Shown in pieces: positions 37,202 through 48,519 of a stretch of 64,000 bases of DNA. Source of the stretch: Octopus bimaculoides (lineage: Eukaryota); assembly GCF_001194135.2 (NCBI RefSeq), contig NC_068985.1:17858333-17922332 (forward strand), in the 5' to 3' direction. The notes beneath the pieces are model-generated. The model ran no database searches. It had not been told where the DNA came from and worked only from the letters and a program-made list of their open reading frames with translations. The position numbers and the translations under genes are program-made. Position 1 is the first letter of the stretch. Each line of letters opens with the position of its first letter.

Positions 37202-37307
37202 CTGATGAGTAAAGCGGACATGATTTTGTATGATCAACAGGTTTGAGATCTGGAAATTGGAGGGGACAATCTTTTGAGTCACCTATCCCTTTACCTTTTC
37301 CCTTCAT
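37202..37307 (-). CDS. TADA3: TADA3 coding exon 1 (start codon)
   Basis: Translates MKGKGKGIGDSKDCPLQFPDLKPVDHTKSCPLYSS, matching the vertebrate ADA3 N-terminus (KDCPLQFHDFKSVDHLKVCPRY). AG acceptor 5 nt upstream of the ATG, GTGAGT donor, 106 nt, phase 1. Not in the ORF track (too short). Confidence 0.93.
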
Positions 37308-37789
37308 GATGTCTATAATGAAATAAATACCAGAACAAAAAGATATTTAGTGCTTCATTTCATTATTTTTGTTTTTTGCTCAAATATTATAATGAATAAT
37401 ATAACAACCAATACAAAAAGAAAAATTAAGATGGTGAGAATAATTATGTGACAGGATCTGACTAGCCAGAGTGCTGTGTTGGGTTCCAATGTCTGCTTTG
37501 TCCAGCGGTAGAAATCTTGCCAAAGCAGACACTGGAATGTAATGCAGCCTTCTGGCTAGTTAGATTCTGTTGAATAGTCTAATCCATGCCAGCATGCAAT
37601 ACAGTTATGAAATGATGATGATGATGATGACTGACTAAAATTTTTCAATATAAATTTTGTCATCTCTATCATACATAAGACAAAATAACTCATTTCAGTG
37701 GACAAATATTCTAGCTACCTGGTTTATTTGATTACTATTTCATGACACCTACAATTATGCACACACACACACACTATATACACAATCAC

Positions 37790-38780
37790 TATCAGAACTA
37801 GAGAAGAAGTTTCAGGTGTGGAAGTAAGGTCTAGAAGTGAAGGGCCTTAGAGATAACCTAGCAAAAACCAGAGTCTTAGAAAGGAGGAAAGCAGACAAAT
37901 CCCAAATCCCCTCAGGTTCTGATCGATCTGTAGAAAAGACGTAGATAGAAACTCCATAGGATGTACCTGGTGTAAGCTATGGACACATATAAGAGGTACA
38001 ACAATATCAGAGGAAGGTTAACAGGGAAAATAGTTTTTGTGTGTGAAAGGTGCACAGGTACAATTAACACTAAAAAGGTACAGAAAATAGATTCCATTGC
38101 ATGCCAGCGGGGGAAACTAGAAGTAGTTGATAGCTTCCATTACCTAGGTGACCAAGTCAGTAGTGGGGGGTGGATGCTCGAAGAGTATAGTTGCTAGAAT
38201 GAGAATAGGCTGGGCAAAGTTCTGAGAGCTCCTACCTCTGCTGGCAACAAAGGGCCTCTCACTCAGGGTGAAAGCCAGACCATATGATGCCTGTGTGTGA
38301 ACAGTCATGCTACACCACAGTGAAACATGGGTTGCGACTGCCAAGGACATGCATAAGATATGAAGCTAGTATGCTTTGTTGGATGTGTAATGTCAGTGTG
38401 CATGCACGATAGAGTGTAAGCATCCCGAAAGAAAAGTTGGGCATAAGAGGCATCAGATGTGGTGTGCAAGAGAGGCAGCTGCACTGGTATAGTAATATAA
38501 TGCATATGGATGTGGACAGCTGTGTGAAGAAGTACCCTTATGGTGGAGGGAACTCTGTAGAAAAGGTAGATCCAGGAAGACATGAGACAAGGTGGTGAAG
38601 CACAATCTTCAAATGTTGGGCCTCATGGAGGCAATGACAAGTAACCGAGACCTTTGGTGATACGCTGTGCTTAAGAAGATCCATTAAAAGCACCCTTCAA
38701 GCGTTAGGTGATATGCTGTGCTTGTGAAGACCTGTCGAACCAAATGAAATCATAGTCGTGGCCGATGCTAGTGCCATCTG
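37790..38780 (+). mobile_element. RTE LINE 3' fragment
   Basis: Colinear with 15420-16420 (LEVVDSFHYLGDQVSSGG; WAKF.ELLPLLATKGLSLRVK). Confidence 0.88.
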
Positions 38781-38919
38781 AATGCAACTAGAATATAAAT
38801 CTTTCTTTATTTTGGTATGTACGTATATGTTCCTCTAATTTTGTTTTGTATATAATAGCGATTTCACTGACCTGACCTTGGTAGTTTACTGCTCAAGGAT
38901 TGAACTTTAATACACACAT

Positions 38920-38951
<32 letters not shown>

Positions 38952-39131
38952 ACATAAATGGGGTCTAACTATGTCATACCTAGAACCAGCCCTGAGTCAG
39001 ATCTACCAAATTGGATTTGGTACTTATATATCTACAATATCTTACCAACACCTGATACCTTCATGGTTGTTTGACCTCACTGTGAACCCTATACGTTGAT
39101 ATACCTTGATTCTATTGAACCCTATAAACTG

Positions 39132-39170
<39 letters not shown>

Positions 39171-39375
39171 TATGTTGGTGCAAGCAAGAAAAATAGAACT
39201 CAAAATACGAGTATATGTATATTTTTATGATTTTAATGATTATCAGTATCTTATGATATTTACTTTGTATTACATTATACTTATTTATCGTGCATTTACT
39301 TATTAATTTTTCTATATGTGACTGTGGATTTTCAGGGATAAGTTCATGAAATTTGTTTTTTTTCTCTAAAACTAT

Positions 39376-39759
39376 GTTGTTGGCACTCCGTCGCTTACGA
39401 CGTCGAGGGTTCCAGTTGATCCGATCAACGGAACAGCCTGCTCGTGAAAGTAACGTGCAAGTGGCTGAGCACTCCACAGACACGTGTACCCTTAACATAG
39501 TTCTCGGGGATATTCAGCGTGACACAGTGTGACAAGGTTGACCCTTTGAATTACAGGTACAACAGAAACAAGAATAAAGAGTGAGAGAAAGTTGTGGTGG
39601 AAGAGTACAGCAGGGTTCGCCACCATCCCCTGCCGGAACCTCGTGGAACTTTAGGTGTTTTCGTTCAATAAACACTCACAATGCCCGGTCTAGGAATCGA
39701 AACCGCGATCCTATGACCGCAAGTCTGCTGCCCTAACCACTGGGCCACTGCGCCTCCAC
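39376..39759 (-). mobile_element. SINE family C, full length with 13-bp TSD
   Basis: Near-identical body. TSD TCTCTAAAACTAT at 39363-39375 and 39760-39772. Confidence 0.92.
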
Positions 39760-39889
39760 TCTCTAAAACTATATATTTATATATTTTATACTGTGAAACT
39801 TAATTTAATTTTAATTTTTAATAAACTGAATTTAAATGAGTTTCTACCTGTAAATTTGGATTTTTATTCCTAATATTATTATTATATAT

Positions 39890-41290
39890 ACATAAGGATT
39901 GTATGATACTTGTGTATGAACAGCAATGCTACTTGATAGTGAGACAAGGACTGATTGCCAAGAAGGTGCAAAGACCAGAGAGGAATGAAGCTAGTATGCT
40001 GTTTGATATGCAGTGTTAGTGTGCATTTGCAACAAAGTGCAAATGTATTGGCAGAAAAATTAGGTATAAGAGAAATCACATATAGCATGCAAGATAGAAA
40101 ACTGCACTGGTTTGGTCATGTGATGCATATGGATGAGGATAGCTGGATAAAGATGTACCAATTTAAATGGATGAAACTTATGGAAGAGGGAGACCCTGGA
40201 AAACATGGGATTAAGTAATGAAGGCTGATCTCAAGTTGTTGAGCCTCACGGAGAAGATATGTGCCCAAGGTCTGTTACAGTGAAAGTGAGGTCCTATAAG
40301 CCTGTGTATGCTGGGCTCTGCCCTTCACCCAATCTGTACATCAAACATCCCCTTCATCTCATCCTCTTAACACCCATCTTACTCTTCTAATATAGTGCTA
40401 CTTAGATGTTGTAATTACTTGAGAGCAGAATCAGCACAAATTTTATCCCATGCCTTTTGCACTTCCACTTACCTCCTCCTTCCCCTAGAACCACTTCCTA
40501 TTAACATCCAACTCTCATTCTCATTACCATCCCTTCCAACACTATTTTTCATTGATCACCCACTTTCTGTGCCTTCAGTTTTCTCTCCTTCTCCTCTGAA
40601 ATACATCTGAGATCTGCCATACCTCATTTTTAACACCTCTCAAAGCTGCCATCATTCTCAATACCTTCTCATAGCTGCCATCAGTGACCTCACCACTGTT
40701 GTAGCTCCACTCACTACAGCTACCCTCATGTTCCTCTGACTTCCATCTGTCACTGTACATCTCCCAGCTTTCTGGTCTATATACAGGATGCCGCTTGCCA
40801 CCCCTCTTTCTCGATCCACTTCTATCTTTCTCACCCCACCTCCATACTGACGTTTTCTACCAGCCACACCACCCTTGTACATAATTCACTACAATCTCCT
40901 CAACCTCTATCTCTAACCATTTGTTACTCTCCTCTCACACTCTTATGAAATTAACCACCCTCTCTGGTCCACTGTCTATATTCTCTCATACTCATCTTCT
41001 TCTAACTTGAGAGTTCACCTGGCAGTTTGTCTATCTTTATCTTCTTTCTATGTGTTTTCACCTTTATATAATGTGGAGTAACCTTTATCTCCTCTATACC
41101 AAGACACCTCTGCTTATCTCTCCATCATATTTTAGCCTCTAAACATCTGGCATAAAGCTACTTTCCCCCTCTCTCAAATACAACTCCACTCAATTGTGGA
41201 AACTTTTTCCTTATCTTTTCTTGTCTTGCAAATTATTTGACAATCTCCTAAGTGCTGGTGGCATGAAAAAAAAAAAAGCACCCAGGTCCA
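39890..41290 (+). mobile_element. RTE LINE 3' fragment with long pyrimidine-rich 3' UTR
   Basis: LAEKLGIREITYSMQDRKLHWFGHVMHMDEDSWIK, then about 1 kb of C/T-rich sequence, then CTTGTCTTGCAA...GTGCTGGTGGC...AAAAAGCACCCA, the start of the shared tail. Confidence 0.65.
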
Positions 41291-41496
41291 TCATAAATCA
41301 CTGCTGTGATAACTTAGGCTATCTGGCAGGTTGGCATATGAGCTAGTCATTCACATAGTAAACCAAGTTGTACAGGAGGGTGTCGTAGCCAATGACTGAT
41401 GTAAGTATCATTGTCAACTGTTATAAGGGCAAAGATAATGCATTAGAGAGAAGAAACTAGAGGTATGAAGTTTGCAGAAAGGATTATAACACAATT

Positions 41497-41900
41497 GGGA
41501 TCTATTTTAAAACGGGAGCCACAGTATTTTCTTAACGAAACACTTTGAAACTTGGAACACTGGTAGAATGTGTCATATAAAACATCTTTTTCTCTTAGTC
41601 TTCTTTAAAAAAAAAAAGAAATCCCTAAGTTATTCCATGTTAAAGTTGTCGTATTTCTGTAATTTCAACCAATCACTGACGTCCATTCAGCCGATATACA
41701 TTAAGTGCCGACTACATAAACAAACGATTCTGAAACAATTCTATCGGTGATAAAATTATTATTTCCTTGTCAATACAAAAATATTTTTCTGTTCTATAAC
41801 ACAAAATAGATAAGTATACGAAGTTTGAAAGTCTTTCGGTACCAAAAACACTAAGTAAAACATTAATGAAAACTGTGGCCCCCGTTTTAAAATAGATCCC
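41497..41900. mobile_element. Unclassified MITE (404 bp), 29-bp TIRs, 6-bp TSD
   Basis: GGGATCTATTTTAAAACGGG(A/G)GCCACAGT at both ends (1 mismatch). ACAATT duplicated at 41491-41496 and 41901-41906. Confidence 0.85.
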
Positions 41901-41929
41901 ACAATTGATTAGGGAAAGAGTTACCATAG

Positions 41930-42330
41930 ACATTATGCAGTTTGGTTGTTGTGCCAGGAAGAAATACAAGCCTTGTGAGACAATATAATAGAAGTATCCA
42001 GCTAGGAAGATGTCCCTATACCTGGCTTTTGTTGACCTAGAGAAAGCTTTTGATAGATTTCTCCACTCCACGATCTGGTGGTCACTAAGAAAGCTTGAAG
42101 TGGACATTAGATTTCTTCTAATGTATAGGTGGTTCTCTAGAATAAATGACAGCTTATGTTACCAAGGAGACCTAATTAGGAGTGTAAGAATGGAGGTATT
42201 TTGAGAGTATAATTGTCAAAATAAGAACTGGGTAGAGTTCATGGAGCAAACAACTCATCTCCCTCAAATTGAAGGACAGACCGTATAATGCTTGAGTGCT
42301 ATGTGCAATGTTATGTGGTGAGACTTAGAT
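41930..42330 (+). mobile_element. Patchwork RTE-type RT fragments
   Basis: LYLAFVDLEKAFDR...IWWSLRKLEV, followed by LKGRLY/MLCGET-like remnants. Confidence 0.7.
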
Positions 42331-43851
42331 TTTGAATGCGCAGGCTAAAAATAAATGAAGCGAGCAGATGGCTATCTCTCTAGTATCGGTGTCATAAAAA
42401 ACAAAAAAGCACACCCAGTACACTCTTAAAGTGTGAGGTTTCGTTGAAAACATAACACCTCTCGAGTACTGGTAACACGAAAACGAAAAGTATCCAGTGT
42501 ACTCAAAAGTGGTTGATGTTAAACCAAATAAAACGCGAGTTAGAATGGTCACCCTGACCGTCCAGGTCAGTATGCCCGTTCAACCCATGCCAGCACTGGA
42601 CAGCGGATATAAAACGATGATGCTGACGATGTGTATTTATGTATCTATTTACATATATGCATATGTGTGTTCATATATATATGCAGATATGTATGTGTGT
42701 GTATATATCGGCATCATGAAACTAATTATGAAACATTGGTTTCTAATAAGATGTAAGAGGCTTTAGTTTCTCATAAAACATACAAACTCCTATGTACCGA
42801 ATGCTTCTTTTCTTCGTTTGTAAACACAGACGTTCAGGAATGCTTTTCTCTCTTTCTCTCTCCCTCTCAGTCAGACCATCGATCATGTTAACCTGACTAC
42901 TGGCCCGAAATCCAAAATAAAAACAAGTCGCACTGAAAAATATTCCTCCTTTATTAAAGGTGCGATTATTAACGTGAAAAAGTATAATCTTGATATTTTA
43001 ATCGCGTCTCCGTTATAATTTCAACGAATGAGCCGGTTCACACACCTGAGAAAAAGGAATGTAAGGACTTAAAAGTTACGTGTGTTTATCTCCCTATAAA
43101 ATTCGATTTTTCAGTGCATATTTCTAATCGCGCCGGGGATCGATGATACAAATCACCAGTAGCACATTGCGTCCGTTGAATACAGTGTATCCAACTTAAA
43201 AGAACAATAGGTTAACCGTAGTCAAAAGAAACTGTTATTTAACTTATTTGAAAATTGCAATTCCCGAAATGTTGTTATATTACAATACATCTCATGAAAT
43301 TGAAAAGACTAAGTGGGGTAAGATAATTCAGAACCAAAAGAGAACTCCGGTGGTAGTCAATGTTATCCAGAGAGTATGTCTCAAAATAAATAAATTGGAT
43401 ATGTAATTTTTCAGTAAATTTGTTTGACAACAATATTAAAACCACTTCAAATGCAAAATTGATTGCTTGTGTTCATTTTGATACACGGACCAAGTAATAC
43501 TCTATTAATACAACTACAGCCCTGACGATGAAATCCATCTTTTATCAGTCTATAAAAAAACTAACTGATCAAGAAGGCTAAGCAGTTTGGGCATGATCAA
43601 GTAAATAAAACGAACAAAATGATAAATGTAAAGTTAGTGGTCAAGTAGTGCAAATTCATTAAAACAGAATTGCGGATGGCTGCACGTGGATGTCACAAAT
43701 GCAATTTTTGCAAATTCCAAAACAAATTTCTGCCAGCACGAAAGATGCAAGCTTCTTTCCTCATAGCTCATGCATAATTTAAACTTAGGTGGAAATATAC
43801 AAAGTTAATAAAAAAAAAACTTCCTTGAACACAATAGATTTGTTAGCTTAC

Positions 43852-43890
43852 CTTTCTAATATGCATTGAGTCGGCCATGAAAATTAATAT
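43852..43890 (-). other. TADA3: Probable first (5' UTR) exon of TADA3, 3' edge at 43852
   Basis: Coding exon 1 has an acceptor just before its ATG, so an upstream exon is required. A consensus donor AAG|GTAAGC lies at 43852/43851 in the CpG-retaining zone. The 5' boundary is unknown. Confidence 0.6.
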
Positions 43891-43971
43891 ACGCCAATAA
43901 AAAACAAGCTTTTAACCATTATTAAAAACTAGCCAATCAAATTCCACGACCCTAATTTCTGTTGGTAAACT
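43852..43971. promoter_or_regulatory. Compact bidirectional promoter shared by TADA3 and PIGV, with two CCAAT boxes
   Basis: Only 120 bp separate the TADA3 first-exon donor from the PIGV ATG. CCAAT at 43894-43898 and 43933-43937; no TATA box seen; flanking DNA retains CpG. Confidence 0.7.
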
Positions 43972-44040
43972 ATGGACAAGTGGCAGAAAGATATAATATA
44001 TTTTTCTCTGATATATAAATTCTTCCTTCTTGCTTTGCAG
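43972..44040 (+). CDS. PIGV: PIGV coding exon 1
   Basis: MDKWQKDIIYFSLIYKFFLLALQ aligns with the vertebrate PIGV N-terminus (KEVLRFAVSCRILTLMLQ). CAG|GTAATT donor, 69 nt, phase 0, in frame with exon 2. Not in the ORF track. Confidence 0.85.
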
Positions 44041-46235
44041 GTAATTTGTGTATACTTAATTATCTAAATAGTACTTATTTGTTTACTTAATATTTTTCTT
44101 TTGAATCTGAAGAAATATTTGTAGATTACATGTATTTTGCTGCATTCAAACAAAAAAACCGGTCTCAATGTTTCCCTTCCAGCTGCATCTATTTCCCCCA
44201 AATCTCAATTAGCTGAGCTTATTGGGAGTTATCCCCTTGCTTGTTCTTAGACGTTAGAAACATGTTATTTCCAGGGATAATCGAAGTGTTTATTTTTAAC
44301 TCACTTTATTCGAGACCTGAAAGCTTATAACTTGTATAAAACCTTTCTGAAATACTAATAATGCATTCAGTTATTTATTTCTCGATAAAATTATTGTAAA
44401 TAGTCAGGGGGAGGTAATGAAAACAATCGAGAAAATGAAGAAAACTAAACTAACTTTGTCAGTCACGAAATATAAAAAAAAAATGTTTACAAACAGAATT
44501 GTATATTTATTTAATCGAAAGTGTTCGTTATGTATTCAGTTTAAAGGATACCAGTTACATATACCATTATATAAATTGATCCTAGCGTCATTTTCGTGCA
44601 ATTGATACTACATGAATTCATCTAAATAACTTGATAAAGGCGTACGCCACATGTTAAAAGATTGTTTACATTTTTTTCCATGTGTATCCAGGTATTTTGA
44701 CGTAGACACCATTTAGTTGGGCCTATGAATTTTATATTATTACTAACAATATTCGTATTTTTTAAAAATAAATTCATCGATGATATATTTTGGAAACACT
44801 TCACTGACTTGTATTTGTTACTTGAAATAATATTTTTCTTATTTTGTCAGTTTCGTTTTCCAACTTCTATTGTTTTCATTATCTCTCGTTACTCTGCTTT
44901 TTGGAACGAGTATTTCGACTATACTGGACTTATCTGCAACAATAAATAGAGAAGATACAAACTTTCGTAAATGTTAGCGTAACAAATACCAAAGATTAAA
45001 TCACTTACACACTTTCCTTTTAGATATTTACGAGAAAGACGGAAACTTTTAAATCTAAGACATATAGAAAGAAAATCAGTTGGATCGATGGCAAACTCTA
45101 GGGGATGTTTAAAAAATGGAATTATTTAGATGAAACGCGAAACTTAGATGAGGTATTAATCTGGATTAACGGTGAACTTGTCTGCTTTATACTGTACTTG
45201 CTTTGGTGCACTGTTGTTGGTTAGCCCCAGGTCAACCCCCTGATGAAGTAGGCCCAGCCGAGACAATCTTGTATTTTTGAGGTATGCAGAACTACATGAT
45301 CTAACGTTCTTTTCTTACTTAAAAAAAGGTATGATGCGAAGAAATTTGACTGCTATTTCTAGCCTAACGACCACGCGGTGGTTCCCTTTTGGGAAACAGG
45401 TGGCGTGGAAGGTACAAGATGTTCTTTGTGAGCTAAGTAGAGTTGTCTGTAAACCAGTCATAACTATAGTTTGGTCACTCCTACCTCCTTAGGGCTTTGT
45501 TTCCTTATAATTTTTTTAGTAATGCATATTTCTACGTAAAATTTTGTTAAGGGATATTTGAAAGGTGTAGATGATGTTTCGCCACCCTTATTAAACGTCC
45601 ATGTTCCACGCTTGCAAGGGATCTTATGGGCACAAAGACTGCATCGTACTCCAGTGTCTGCTTTGACATGGTTTCTACGACCGAATGCTCTTCCTAATAC
45701 CGACCACTTTACAACCTATACTGGGTAATTTCTCTGTTACCAGCATTAGTGAGGCTACCATGCAGTTTGCAGGATTACAAACCCCATGGACGCAGCTTTA
45801 TGGTGGGAGATGAGGGGGGGGAGATGGGTAAAAGTATGAGAAAAAGGATCCGGAGCAGAGTAGGTTTCTTTCTGTAGAGGCGCCACATGAACAAATATTT
45901 TAGGAAAGACGGTAGGAATGATTGAGTAGAGATAGAGAGCGATGGGGTGGGGAAAGATGTCAATATCTTTTCTTAACAATTCACTTAACTCGTTCATGAT
46001 CATTATACAACATGCAGATTCTCCCACCAAGAAGAAAAAACAAAATAAAACGAGTTCATTATCCAGTTTGTTATTGTTAATTATCATAATCAACTTGAAA
46101 ACTGGAAGGTACAAAAAAAAAAATAGTACTTTTTGGTTATCTCACCCCCATCAAAAAGTTGGGTTATCTCCCCATGGCCTACTCAACGATTTTGTTTCAT
46201 CTTATTTTTTATGCCTGATTAATTTCCTCTACATT

Positions 46236-47568
46236 ATGAATTTTTTATGTCAAAGCGAAATTTGCGAAGATGAAACATCCAGTGTTTCTCTTTCTCAAGG
46301 AAAAAAAAAAAATTCTTCACCAAGAAAGGCAATGCAATAACAGTCACTTTATGGATTTCTCAGTTGGAAGTCAAAATAGATGGTGGTGTAGAATTCATGG
46401 ATGCAGACATGAACAAGGAATAAGAACAGAAAATTGGTTTACTTATTCACGTTCATCTTTGCGTAAAGTAGCACTTTTCATATAATGCTGGGCACACAAC
46501 GTGACTAGTATCAAATTTTGTGAATATGAACTCGAAATGAAAGCCAATTGCGTTGTTGACTCGAATAATTATTTGAGAGAAGTTTGTGTTTGTGAAGCGC
46601 ACATTTCGGTTAACCCAAGAGTGATTGGAGTACCCAACATGACTTGAAATTAATGTAAGTTTGTTCACTAAAAGAAAAAAATTGTGTCGGAGGTCAACTA
46701 CCTCAACAATGGATTTTTAGAGGTATTTGTAGAGAAACAACAGTGTTTCATGTTTATTGTCCCTGACAGGTCTGTGACAACACTTCTTCCAATAATAGAA
46801 AATAATATAAGACTTGGTACTACCATCATAAGTGACAAATAGTCAGCATATAAAAATATAATATTGGTCATTGTCAACATCACACTGTTAATCATTCTCT
46901 ACACTTGGTCAGTCCTACTAATAGAGCTCACATTCAAAATATACTTTTCTGCTCTAGGCACAAGGCCTGAAATTTTCAGGGAGGGGGCCAGTCGATTAGA
47001 TTGACCCTAGTACGCAACTGATACTTAATTTATTGACCCCGAAAGGATGAAAGGCAAAGTCGACCTCTGCAGAAATTGAACTCAGAATGTAAAGACAAAT
47101 GAAATACCTCTAAGCATTTTATCCAGCATTCTAATGATACTGCCAGCTCGCCGCCTTAAATAATTGTTTCTACTCTAGGCACAGGGCCTTGAAAATTTTT
47201 TGGGGAAAGGGACTAGTCGATTACATTGACCCCAGTGTGTAACTGGAACTTATTTCATCGATCCCCAAAAGGATCAAGAGCATAAGTTGACCTCGGTGGA
47301 ATTTGACCTAAGAATGCAGCAGAAGACGAAATAACGCTGAGCATTTCACCTGGTGTGCTAACAATTCTACCAGCTCGCTACCTTTCACACCCAAAATATT
47401 GAAAGACTTTGGACGAGTGGTAAAGAGAAAAAAAGACAAAATGGCACTCACAGAGGTCTACTGGACTCACCTATGTGTGAGTTTATGTGGCAACAAGAAA
47501 TTAGATTAAAAGGATTATATCCTTTTGATTCAGTGCTTCAACATATTGACTTTTGGCATCCTCAATAG
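46236..47568 (+). pseudogene. Merlin transposase pseudogene interrupted by two SINEs
   Basis: Conceptual translation needs several frameshifts and reads through stops (e.g. ISDK*SAY). The first catalytic motif reads EINVS instead of EIDES. SINE insertion at 46943-47384. Confidence 0.82.
46943..47384 (-). mobile_element. Tandem pair of family B SINEs inside the Merlin transposase
   Basis: Copies at about 46943-47157 and 47165-47384, bracketed by one imperfect duplication TCACA(TT/CC)CAAAATAT (46928-46942, 47385-47399). Confidence 0.88.
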
Positions 47569-48519
47569 ACATGGTATGACTTGTTATAAAAATGTTATCA
47601 GATTCAACAAGATGTTTAATTTTTTCAATTTTCTATGGTTTGTTACAAAAATATTATCGGATTCAATAAGATGTTTAATCTTTTTGTTTTATTGAGGGTT
47701 AAACAATTTTTTTAGTTGAGGGACAAAACCAAAAGTACCAATATTTTTCATAAAACGGGAAGGGGGAGATAACCCAATTTTTTAATGGGGTGAGATAACC
47801 AAAAAGTACCAAAAAAAATTTCCCAGTTTACCTTTATCCTATTTACTATACAAATTGAAAATTTTCAAAAATTCAAGTACTTTTGATTTGTGTTGTAATA
47901 GGCAAAAACCATAAACTGAGAAACTTTTTTGGTGCTTTCTTCCAATTTCCATGTTTATTATGAATAATGTTGATCATGATAATGTTATTTTTATGTTGGG
48001 CAATGATCACGAGCAAGTTATTGAATATTTAAGAGGCATGGATTTCTTTTCTTTTTGAGTTAAAAGAAAAAAATTCAATTTAAAAAAATGTTTCATCAAA
48101 ATAATTGTCATCTACAACTTTGAAAACATATCTCCGCAAAAGGTATTATTAAAAATAATGTAAGGAAGCAAAATCTCTAGAATTGGAGTGCTGAATCTTT
48201 GACAAAGACAATATACTCTTTCCTCAAAGTGCTATATAAAAAATGTTGGTGTTGGTACTGGTACCATGTAAAAGGCACTGGTTGCTGGCACCATATAAAA
48301 AGCATTCAGTAGATTCTGTAAACTGGTTGGTGTTAGGAAGGGCATCCAGCTGTAGAAGACCATGCCAAATCAGACTATGGGACTTGGTGCAACGTCTGAT
48401 CTTGCCAGTTCCTGTCAAGCCATCCAACCCATGGTAGCAGGGAAAGCAATCATTAAATAATGATGATGATTGGTACCATGCAAAGGTAGAAAATGCCATT
48501 GTAACAGCCATAAAATGTT

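Larger units (their letters stand above)
46125..47810 (+). mobile_element. Merlin (IS1016/IS1595-related) DNA transposon, near full length, decayed, in PIGV intron 1
   Basis: About 48-bp TIRs ((A/G)GTACTTTTTGGTTATCTCACCCC...GGGTTATCTCCC) at 46125-46173 and 47763-47810. 9-bp flanking duplication AAAAAAAAT (46116-46124, 47811-47819). Internal frameshifted transposase 46236-47568 with RWWC..GC, VDSNNYLREVC, QWIFRGICRE, VPDRSVTTLLPII, GTTIISD, HHTVNHS, HTQNIERLW, CEFMW. Confidence 0.88.

Noticed and set aside
1465-37307. U12-type introns in TADA3 or PIGV
   Set aside because: All donors are GT without the GTATCCT signature, and all acceptors are AG.
45238-45270. Hammerhead ribozyme (CTGATGA...GCCGAGAC)
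   Set aside because: GAAA core is mutated, stem II does not close, and stems I/III were not found.
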